Assembly (NCBI RefSeq): GCF_009914755.1
Contig: NC_060943.1
Length of the DNA stretch: 64,000 nucleotides
Strand: one strand, 5' to 3'
Source: the human T2T-CHM13v2.0 reference genome, Homo sapiens
Each line of letters starts with the position of its first letter. Position 1 is the stretch's first letter. Shown piece by piece: positions 11,201 to 23,000 of this stretch. Below the pieces are notes generated by a model, which saw only the letters and a program-made list of their open reading frames with translations, was not told where the DNA came from and did no database searches. The translations under genes and the position numbers were made by a program.

Positions 11201-14200
11201 CAAGTGGATAATTGGCTTCGCTTTGTGTCCTTTGGTGGAAACGGGAATATCTTCTAATAAAAACTAGACAGAAATATTCTCAGAATCTCCTTTGTGATGT
11301 GGGCATTCAACTAACACAGTTGAACATTTCTTTTCACAGAGCAGTTTTGAAACACTCTTTTGGTAGAATCTGCCAGTGGATATTTGGAGCGCTTGGAGGG
11401 CTATTGTGCCAATGGTAATATCTGCCCCTGAAAACTAGACAGAAGCATTCTCAGAAACTACTTCGTGATGTTTGCATTCGACACACAGAGTTGAACATAC
11501 CTCTTCACAGAGCAGTTTTGAAAACCTCTTTCTGTAGAATCTGCAAGTGGATATTCGGACCACTTTGAGGCCTTCATAGGAAACAGTAATATCTTCACAT
11601 AAAAACTAGATAGAAGCATTGTCAGAAAGTTCTTTGTGATGTGTGAATTCAACTCACAGAGTTGAACCTTCCTTTAATAGAGCAGTTGTGAAACACTCTT
11701 TTTCTAGAATCTGCAAGTAGATATTTGGAGCGCTTTGAGGCCTTCGTTGGAAACCGGAATATCTTCACAGGAAAAGTAGATAGAGGCATTCTCAGAAACT
11801 TTTTTGTGATATGTAGATTCAACTTACAGTGTTGAACCTTTCTTTGGATGGAGCAGTTTTGAAAAACCCTTTTATCGAATCTGCAGGTAGACATTTGGGG
11901 TGCTTTGAGGGCTGTGGTGCAAAAGGAAATGTCTTCCCATAGAAACTAGACTGAAGCATTCTCAGAAACTTCTTGGTGACGTTTGCATTCATCTCACAGC
12001 GTTGAACATACCTTTCCATAGAGTGGTTTTGAAACACTGTTTTTGTAGAATCGGCAAGTGGATATTTGGACTGCTTTGAGGCCTTCATCGGAAACGGGAA
12101 TATCTTCACATAAACACTAGAGAGAAGCATTCTCAGAAACTTCTTTGTCATCTGTCCATTCAACTCACAGAGTTGAACCTTCCTTTTTATGGAGCAGTTT
12201 TGAAACACTCCTTTTGGAGAATCTGCAAGTGGATATTTGGAGCGCTTTGAGGCCTATGGTAGAAAAAGAAATATCTGCCTCTAAAAACCAGACAGAAGCA
12301 TTCCGAGAAACTTCTTTGTGATGTTTGCATTCAACTAGCAGAGTTGAACCTTCCTTTTGATAGGGCAGTTTGGAAACACTCTTTTTGTAGAATCTGCATG
12401 TGGATATCTGGAGCGGTTTGAGGCCTACGGTCAAAAAGGAAATATCTTCCTGGGAAAAATAGACGAAAGCATTCTCAGAAAGTGCTGTGTGATATGTGCA
12501 TTCGACTCCCCGAGTTGAAACTTTTTTTTGATAGAGCAGTTTTGAAACACTCTGTAGAATCTGAAAGTGGATATTTGGAGCTCTTTGAGGGCTATGGCGG
12601 AAAAGAAAATATATTCACATTAAAGTAGACAGCAGCATTCTCAGAAACTTCTTTAGGATGTTTGCAGTAAACTCACAGAGTTGAACCTACCTTTCCGTAG
12701 ATCAGTTTTGAAACACTCTGTTTGTGGGATCCGCAAGTGGATATTTGGACCGCTTTGAGACCTTTGCTGGAAATGGGAATATCTTCACATATAAACTAGA
12801 CAGAAGCATTCTCAGAAACTTCTTCGTGATGTGTGCATTCTCCTCCCGAATTTGAATCTTCCTTTTCATGAAGCAGTTTAGAAACACTCTGTTTGTGCAA
12901 TCCACAATTGGATAATTGGAACGCTTTGATGCCCATGGTAGAAAAGGAAATATCCTCATATAAAAACTAGACAGAAGGATTCACAGAAAATGCTTTGTGA
13001 TGTGTGCATTCAAATCACGGAGTTGAATCTTTCTTTTGTCAGAGCAGTTTTGAAACACTGATTCTGTGGGATCTGCCAGCGGACACTTGGAGCGCTTTGA
13101 GGGCTGTGGTGGAGAAGGAAATATCTTCCCATAAAAACTAGAAAGAAGCATTCTCAGAAACATTTATGTGAAGCGTGCATTCAACTCACAGAGTTGAACC
13201 TTCCTTTTGATACAACAGTTTTGAAACACTCTTTTGAACAATTGCAGGTGAATCTTTGGAGCGCTTTGAAGCCTTTGTTGGAAATGGGAATATCTTCACA
13301 CATAAACTAGCCAGAAGCATTCTCAGAAACTTCTTTGTGATGTGTGCGTTGAACCCAGAGAGATGAACCTTTCCTTTGATAGAGCAGTTTTGAAACGTGC
13401 TTTTGTAAGATCGGCAAGTGGATAATTGGCTTCGCTTTGTGTCCTTTGGTGGAAACGGGAATATCTTCTAATAAAAACTAGACAGAAATATTCTCAGAAT
13501 CTCCTTTGTGATGTGGGCATTCAACTTACACAGTTGAACATTTCTTTTCACAGAGCAGTTTTGAAACACTCTTTTGGTAGAATCTGCCAGTGGATATTTG
13601 GAGCGCTTGGAGGGCTATTGTGCCAATGGAAATATCTGCCCCTGAAAACTAGACAGAAGCATTCTCAGAAACTACTTCGTGATGTCTGCATTCAACACAC
13701 AGAGTTGAACATACCTCTTCACAGAGCAGTTTTGAAAACCTCTTTCTGTAGAATCTGCAAGTGGATATTCGGACCACTTTGAGGCCTTCATAGGAAACAG
13801 TAATATCTTCACATAAAAACTTGATAGAAGCATTGTCAGAAAGTTCTTTGTGATGTGTGAATTCAACTCACAGAGTTGAACCTTCCTTTAATAGAGCAGT
13901 TTTGAAACACTCTTTTTCTAGAATCTGCAAGTAGATATTTGGAGCGCTTTGAGGCCTTCGTTGGAAACCGGAATATCTTCACAGGAAAAGTAGATAGAGG
14001 CATTCTCAGAAACTTTTTTGTGATATGTAGATTCAACTCACAGCGTTGAACCTTTCTTTGGATGGAGCAGTTTTGAAAAATTCTTTAATCGAATCTGCAG
14101 GTAGACATTTGGGGTGCTTTGAGGGCTGTGGTGCAAAAGGAAATGTCTTCCCATAGAAACTAGACTGAAGCATTCTCAGCAACTTCTTGGTGACGTTTGC

Positions 14201-17200
14201 ATTCATCTCACAGTGTTGAACATACCTTTCCATAGAGTGATTTTGAAACACTGTTTTTGTAGAATCGGCAAGTGGATATTTGGACTGCTTTGAGGCCTTC
14301 ATCGGAAACGGGAATATCTTCACATAAACACTACAGAGAAGCATTCTCAGAAACTTCTTTGTGATCTCTCCATTCAACTCACAGAGTTGAACCTTCCTTT
14401 TTATGGAGCAGTTTTGAAACACTCCTTTTGGAGAATCTGCAAGTGGATATTTGGAGCGCGTTGAGGCCTATGGTAGAAAAAGAAATATCTGCCTCTAAAA
14501 ACCAGACAGAAGCATTCCGAGAAACTTCTTTGTGATGTTTCCATTCAACTAGCAGAGTTGAACCTTCCTTTTGATAGGGCAGTTTGGAGACACTCTTTTT
14601 GTAGAATCTGCATGTGGATATCTGGAGCGGTTTGAGGCCTACGGTCAAAAAGGAAATATCTTCCTGGGAAAAATAGACGAAAGCATTCTCAGAAAGTGCT
14701 TTGTGATATGTGCATTCGACTCACCGAGTTGAAACTTTTTTTTGATAGAGCAGTTTTGAAACACTCTGTAGAATCTGAAAGTGGATATTTGGAGCTCTTT
14801 GAGGGCTATGGCGGAAAAGAAAATATATTCACATTAAAGTAGACAGCAGCATTCTCAGAAACTTCTTTAGGATGTTTGCAGTAAACTCACAGAGTTGAAC
14901 CTACCTTTCCGTAGAGCAGTTTTGAAACACTTTGTTTGTGGGATCCGCAAGTGGATATTTGGACCGCTTTGAGACCTTTGCTGGAAATGGGAATATCTTC
15001 ACATATAAACTAGACAGAAGCATTCTCAGAAACTTCTTCGTGATGTGTGCATTCTACTCCCGAATTTGAATCTTCCTTTTCATGAAGCAGTTTTGAAACA
15101 ATCTGTTTGTGCAATCCACAATTGGATAATTGGAACGCTTTGATGCCCATGGTAGAAAAGGAAATATCCTCATATAAAAACTAGACAGAAGGATTCACAG
15201 AAAATGCTTTGTGATGTGTGCATTCAAATCACGGAGTTGAATCTTTCTTTTGTCAGAGCAGTTTTGAAACACTGTTTCTGTGGAATCTGCCAGCGGACAC
15301 TTGGAGCGCTTTGAGGGCTATGGTGGAGAAGGAAATATCTTCCCATAAAAACTAGAAAGAAGCATTCTCAGAAACATTTATGTGAAGCGTGCCTTCAACT
15401 CACAGAGTTGAACCTTCCTTTTGATACAACAGTTTTGAAACACTCTTTGGAACAATTGCAGGTGAATCTTTGGAGCGCTTTGAAGCCTTTGTTGGAAATG
15501 GGAATATCTTCACACACAAACTAGCCAGAAGCATTCTCAGAAACTTCTTTGTGATGTGTGCGTTGAACCCAGAGAGATGAACCTTTCCTTTGATAGAGCA
15601 GTTTTGAAACGTGTTTTTGTAAGATCGGCAAGTGGATAATTGGCTTCGCTTTGTGTCCTTTGGTGGAAACGGGAATATCTTCTAATAAAAACTAGACAGA
15701 AATATTCTCAGAATCTCCTTTGTGATGTGGGCATTCAACTAACACAGTTGAACATTTCTTTTCACAGAGCAGTTTTGAAACACTCTTTTGGTAGAATCTG
15801 CCAGTGGATATTTGGAGCGCTTGGAGGGCTATTGTGCCAATGGTAATATCTGCCCCTGAAAACTAGACAGAAGCATTCTCAGAAACTACTTCGTGATGTT
15901 TGCATTCGACACACAGAGTTGAACATACCTCTTCACAGAGCAGTTTTGAAAACCTCTTTCTGTAGAATCTGCAAGTGGATATTCGGACCACTTTGAGGCC
16001 TTCATAGGAAACAGTAATATCTTCACATAAAAACTAGATAGAAGCATTGTCAGAAAGTTCTTTGTGATGTGTGAATTCAACTCACAGAGTTGAACCTTCC
16101 TTTAATAGAGCAGTTGTGAAACACTCTTTTTCTAGAATCTGCAAGTAGATATTTGGAGCGCTTTGAGGCCTTCGTTGGAAACCGGAATATCTTCACAGGA
16201 AAAGTAGATAGAGGCATTCTCAGAAACTTTTTTGTGATATGTAGATTCAACTTACAGCGTTGAACCTTTCTTTGGATGGAGCAGTTTTGAAAAACCCTTT
16301 TATCGAATCTGCAGGTAGACAATTGGGGTGCTTTGAGGGCTGTGGTGCAAAAGGAAATGTCTTCCCATAGAAACTAGACTGAAGCATTCTCAGAAACTTC
16401 TTGGTGACGTTTGCATTCATCTCACAGCGTTGAACATACCTTTCCATAGAGTGGTTTTGAAACACTGTTTTTGTAGAATCGGCAAGTGGATATTTGGACT
16501 GCTTTGAGGCCTTCATCGGAAACGGGAATATCTTCACATAAACACTAGAGAGAAGCATTCTCAGAAACTTCTTTGTCATCTGTCCATTCAACTCACAGAG
16601 TTGAACCTTCCTTTTTATGGAGCAGTTTTGAAACACTCCTTTTGGAGAATCTGCAAGTGGATATTTGGAGCGCTTTGAGGCCTATGGTAGAAAAAGAAAT
16701 ATCTGCCTCTAAAAACCAGACAGAAGCATTCCGAGAAACTTCTTTGTGATGTTTGCATTCAACTAGCAGAGTTGAACCTTCCTTTTGATAGGGCAGTTTG
16801 GAAACACTCTTTTTGTAGAATCTGCATGTGGATATCTGGAGCGGTTTGAGGCCTACGGTCAAAAAGGAAATATCTTCCTGGGAAAAATAGACGAAAGCAT
16901 TCTCAGAAAGTGCTGTGTGATATGTGCATTCGACTCCCCGAGTTGAAACTTTTTTTTGATAGAGCAGTTTTGAAACACTCTGTAGAATCTGAAAGTGGAT
17001 ATTTGGAGCTCTTTGAGGGCTATGGCGGAAAAGAAAATATATTCACATTAAAGTAGACAGCAGCATTCTCAGAAACTTCTTTAGGATGTTTGCAGTAAAC
17101 TCACAGAGTTGAACCTACCTTTCCGTAGATCAGTTTTGAAACACTCTGTTTGTGGGATCCGCAAGTGGATATTTGGACCGCTTTGAGACCTTTGCTGGAA

Positions 17201-20000
17201 ATGGGAATATCTTCACATATAAACTAGACAGAAGCATTCTCAGAAACTTCTTCGTGATGTGTGCATTCTACTCCCGAATTTGAATCTTCCTTTTCATGAA
17301 GCAGTTTAGAAACACTCTGTTTGTGCAATCCACAATTGGATAATTGGAACGCTTTGATGCCCATGGTAGAAAAGGAAATATCCTCATATAAAAACTAGAC
17401 AGAAGGATTCACAGAAAATGCTTTGTGATGTGTGCATTCAAATCACGGAGTTGAATCTTTCTTTTGTCAGAGCAGTTTTGAAACACTGTTTCTGTGGGAT
17501 CTGCCAGCGGACACTTGGAGCGCTTTGAGGGCTGTGGTGGAGAAGGAAATATCTTCCCATAAAAACTAGAAAGAAGCATTCTCAGAAACATTTATGTGAA
17601 GCGTGCATTCAACTCACAGAGTTGAACCTTCCTTTTGATACAACAGTTTTGAAACACTCTTTTGAACAATTGCAGGTGAATCTTTGGAGCGCTTTGAAGC
17701 CTTTGTTGGAAATGGGAATATCTTCACACATAAACTAGCCAGAAGCATTCTCAGAAACTTCTTTGTGATGTGTGCGTTGAACCCAGAGAGATGAACCTTT
17801 CCTTTGATAGAGCAGTTTTGAAACGTGCTTTTGTAAGTTCGGCAAGCGGATAATTGGCTTCGCTTTGTGTCCTTTGGTGGAAACGGGAATATCTTCTAAT
17901 AAAAACTAGACAGAAATATTCTCAGAATCTCCTTTGTGATGTGGGCATTCAACTTACACAGTTGAACATTTCTTTTCACAGAGCAGTTTTGAAACACTCT
18001 TTTGGTAGAATCTGCCAGTGGATATTTGGAGCGCTTGGAGGGCTATTGTGCCAATGGAAATATCTGCCCCTGAAAACTAGACAGAAGCATTCTCAGAAAC
18101 TACTTCATGATGTTTGCATTCAACACACAGAGTTGAACATACCTCTTCACAGAGCAGTTTTGAAAACCTCTTTCTGTAGAATCTGCAAGTGGATATTCGG
18201 ACCACTTTGAGGCCTTCATAGGAAACAGTAATATCTTCACATAAAAACTAGATAGAAGCATTGTCAGAAAGTTCTTTGTGATGTGTGAATTCAACTCACA
18301 GAGTTGAACCTTCCTTTAATACAGCAGTTTTGAAACACTCTTTTTCTAGAATCTGCAAGTAGATATTTGGAGCGCTTTGAGGCCTTCATTGGAAACCGGA
18401 ATATCTTCACAGGAAAAGTAGATAGAGGCATTCTCAGAAGCTTTTTTGTGATATGTAGATTCAACTCACAGTGTTGAACCTTTCTTTGGATGGAGCAGTT
18501 TTGAAAAACTCTTTTATCGAATCTGCAGGTAGACATTCGGGGTGCTTTGAGGGCTGTGGTGCAAAAGGAAATGTCTTCCCATAGAAACTAGACTGAAGCA
18601 TTCTCAGCAACTTCTTGGTGACGTTTGCATTCATCTCACAGTGTTGAACATACCTTTCCATAGAGTGGTTTTGAAACACTGTTTTTGTAGAATCGGCAAG
18701 TGGATATTTGGACTGCTTTGAGGCCTTCATCGGAAACGGGAATATCTTCACATAAACACTAGAGAGAAGCATTCTCAGAAACTTCTTTGTGATCTGTCCA
18801 TTCAACTCACAGAGTTGAACCTTCCTTTTTATGGAGCAGTTTTGAAACACTCCTTTTGGAGAATCTGCAAGTGGATATTTGGAGCGCTTTGAGGCCTATG
18901 GTAGAAAAAGAAATATCTGCCTCTAAAAACCAGACAGAAGCATTCCGAGAAACTTCTTTGTGATGTTTGCATTCAACTAGCAGAGTTGAACCTTCCTTTT
19001 GATAGGGCAGTTTGGAAACACTCTTTTTGTAGAATCTGCATGTGGATATCTGGAGCGGTTTGAGGCCTACGGTCAAAAAGGAAATATCTTCCTGGGAAAA
19101 ATAGACGAAAGCATTCTCAGAAAGTGCTTTGTGATATGTGCATTCGACTCACCGAGTTGAAACTTTTTTTTGATAGAGCAGTTTTGAAACACTCTGTAGA
19201 ATCTGAAAGTGGATATTTGGAGCTCTTTGAGGGCTATGGCGGAAAAGAAAATATATTCACATTAAAGTAGACAGCAGCATTCTCAGAAACTTCTTTAGGA
19301 TGTTTGCAGTAAACTCACAGAGTTGAACCTACCTTTCCGTAGAGCAGTTTTGAAACACTCTGTTTGTGGGATCCGCAAGTGGATATTTGGACCGCTTTGA
19401 GACCTTTGCTGGAAATGGGAATATCTTCACATATAAACTAGACAGAAGCATTCTCAGAAACTTCTTCGTGATGTGTGCATTCTCCTCCCGAATTTGAATC
19501 TTCCTTTTCATGAAGCAGTTTTGAAACACTCTGTTTGTGCAATCCACAATTGGATAATGGGAACGCTTTGATGCCCATGGTAGAAAAGGAAATATCCTCA
19601 TATAAAAACTAGACAGAAGGATTCACAGAAAATGCTTTGTGATGTGTACATTCAAATCACGGAGTTGAATCTTTCTTTTGTCAGAGCAGTTTTGAAACAC
19701 TGTTTCTGTGGAATCTGCCAGCGGACACTTGGAGCGCTTTGAGGGCTATGGTGGAGAAGGAAATATCTTCCCATAAAAACTAGAGAGAAGCATTCTCAGA
19801 AACATTTATGTGAAGCGTGCATTCAACTCACAGAGTTGAACCTTCCTTTTGATACAACAGTTTTGAAACACTCTTTTGAACAATTGCAGGTGAATCTTTG
19901 GAGCGCTTTGAAGCCTTTGTTGGAAATGGGAATATCTTCACACACAAACTAGCCAGAAGCATTCTCAGAAACTTCTTTGTGATGTGTGCGTTGAACCCAG
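2248..20000 (+). repeat. Super-HOR domain: HOR haplotypes in the order A-B-C-A-B-A-B-C (U2-U9)
   Basis: A (U2, U5, U7): CTACAGAG, GTGATCTCTC, GCGCGTTG, GTTTCCATT, GGAGACAC. B (U3, U6, U8): TGGTAATATC, CTTACAG, AAAACCCTT, GTGCTGTGTG, CCGTAGATC. C (U4, U9): CTTCATGA, AATACAGC, AAGCTT, GATAATGGG, GTGTACA. Confidence 0.85.
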
Positions 20001-20099
20001 AGAGATGAACCTTTCCTTTGATAGAGCAGTTTTGAAACGTGTTTTTGTAAGATCGGCAAGCGGATAATTGGCTTCGCTTTGTGTCCTTTGGTGGAAACG

Positions 20100-23000
20100 G
20101 GAATATCTTCTAATAAAAACTAGACAGAAATATTCTCAGAATCTCCTTTGTGATGTGGGCATTCAACTAACACAGTTGAACATTTCTTTTCACAGAGCAG
20201 TTTTGAAACACTCTTTTGGTAGAATCTGCCAGTGGATATTTGGAGCGCTTGGAGGGCTATTGTGCCAATGGAAATATCTGCCCCTGAAAACTAGACAGAA
20301 GCATTCTCAGAAACTACTTCGTGATGTCTGCATTCAACACACAGAGTTGAACATACCTCTTCACAGAGCAGTTTTGAAAACCTCTTTCTGTAGAATCTGC
20401 AAGTGGATATTCGGACCACTTTGAGGCCTTCATAGGAAACAGTAATATCTTCACATAAAAACTAGATAGAAGCATTGTCAGAAAGTTCTTTGTGATGTGT
20501 GAATTCAACTCACAGAGTTGAACCTTCCTTTAATAGAGCAGTTTTGAAACACTCTTTTTCTAGAATCTGCAAGTAGATATTTGGAGCGCTTTGAGGCCTT
20601 CGTTGGAAACCGGAATATCTTCACAGGAAAAGAAGATAGAGGCATTCTCAGAAACTTTTTTGTGATATGTAGATTCAACTCACAGCGTTGAACCTTTCTT
20701 TGGATGGAGCAGTTTTGAAAAACTCTTTTATCGAATCTGCAGGTAGACATTTGGGGTGCTTTGAGGGCTGTGGTGCAAAAGGAAATGTCTTCCCATAGAA
20801 ACTAGACTGAAGCATTCTCAGCAACTTCTTGGTGACGTTTGCATTCATCTCACAGTGTTGAACATACCTTTCCATAGAGTGGTTTTGAAACACTGTTTTT
20901 GTAGAATCGGCAAGTGGATATTTGGACTGCTTTCAGGCCTTCATCAGAAACGGGAATATCTTCACATAAACACTAGAGAGAAGCATTCTCAGAAACTTCT
21001 TGTCATCTGTCCATTCAACTCACAAAGTTGAACCTTCCTTTTTATGGAGCAGTTTTGAAACACTCCTTTTGGAGAATCTGCAAGTGGATATTTGGAGCGC
21101 TTTGAGGCCTATGGTAGAAAAAGAAATATCTGCCTCTAAAAACCAGACAGAAGCATTCCGAGAAACTTCTTTGTGATGTTTGCATTCAACTAGCAGAGTT
21201 GAACCTTCCTTTTGATAGGGCAGTTTGGAAACACTCTTTTTGTAGAATCTGCATGTGGATATCTGGAGCGGTTTGAGGCCTACGGTCAAAAAGGAAATAT
21301 CTTCCTGGGAAAAATAGACGAAAGCATTCTCAGAAAGTGCTTTGTGATATGTGCATTCGACTCACCGATTTGAAACCTTTTTTTGATAGAGCAGTTTTAA
21401 AACACACTGTAGAATCTGAAAGTGGATATTTGGAGCTCTTTGAGGGCTATGGCGGAAAAGAAAATATATTCACATTAAAGTAGACAGCAGCATTCTCAGA
21501 AACTTCTTTAGGATGTTTGCAGTAATCTCACAGAGTTGAACCTACCTTTCCGTAGAGCAGTTTTGAAACACTCTGTTTGTGGGATCCGCAAGTGGATATT
21601 TGGACCGCTATGAGACCTTTGCTGGAAATGGGAATATCTTCACATATAAACTAGACAGAAGCATTCTCAGAAACTTCTTCGTGATGTGTGCATTCTCCTC
21701 ACGAATTTGAATCTTCCTTTTCATGAAGCAGTTTTGAAACACTCTGTTTGTGCAATCCACAATTGGATAATTGGAACGCTTTGATGCCCATGGTAGAAAA
21801 GGAAATATCCTCATATAAAAATTAGACAGAAGGATTCACAGAAAATGCTTTGTGATGTGTGCATTCAAATCACGGAGTTGAATCTTTCTTTTGACAGAGC
21901 AGTTTTGAAACACTGTTTCTGTGGAATCTGCCAGCGGACACTTGGAGCGCTTTGAGGGCTACGGTGGAGAAGGAAATATCTTCCCATAAAAACTAGAAAG
22001 AAGCATTCTCAGAAACATTTATGTGAAGCGTGCATTCAACTCACAGAGTTGAACCTTCCTTTTGATACAACAGTTTTGAAACACTCTTTTGAACAATTGC
22101 AGGTGAATCTTTGGAGCGCTTTGAAGCCTTTGTTGGAAATGGGAATATCTTCACACACAAACTAGCCAGAAGCATTCCCAGAAACTTCTTTGTGATGTGT
22201 GCGTTGAACCCAGAGAGATGAACCTTTCCTTTGATAGAGCAGTTTTGAAACGTGTTTTTGTAAGATCGGCAAGCGGATAATTGGCTTCGCTTTGTGTCCT
22301 TTGGTGGAAACGGGAATATCTTCTAATAAAAACTAGACAGAAATATTCTCAGTATCTCCTTTGTGATGTGGGCATTCAACTAACACAGTTGAACATTTCT
22401 TTTCACAGAGCAGTTTTGAAACACTCTTTTGGTAGAATCTGCCAGTGGATATTTGGAGCGCTTGGAGGGCTATTGTGCCAATGGAAATATCTGCCCCTGA
22501 AAACTAGACAGAAGCATTCTCAGAAACTACTTCGTGATGTCTGCATTCAACACACAGAGTTGAACATACCTCTTCACAGAGCAGTTTTGAAAACCTCTTT
22601 CTGTAGAATCTGCAAGTGGATATTCGGACCACTTTGAGGCCTTCGTAGGAAACAGTAATATCTTCACATAAAAACTAGATAGAAGCATTGTCAGAAAGTT
22701 CTTTGTGATGTGTGAATTCAACTCACAGAGTTGAACCTTCCTTTAATAGAGCAGTTTTGAAACACTCTTTTTCTAGAATCTGCAAGTAGATATTTGGAGC
22801 GCTTTGAGGCCTTCGTTGGAAACCGGAATATCTTCACAGGAAAAGTAGATAGAGGCATTCTCAGAAACTTTTTTGTGATATGTAGATTCAACTCACAGCG
22901 TTGAACCTTTCTTTGGATGGAGCAGTTTTGAAAAACTCTTTTATCGAATCTGCAGGTAGACATTTGGGGTGCTTTGAGGGCTGTGGTGCAAAAGGAAATG

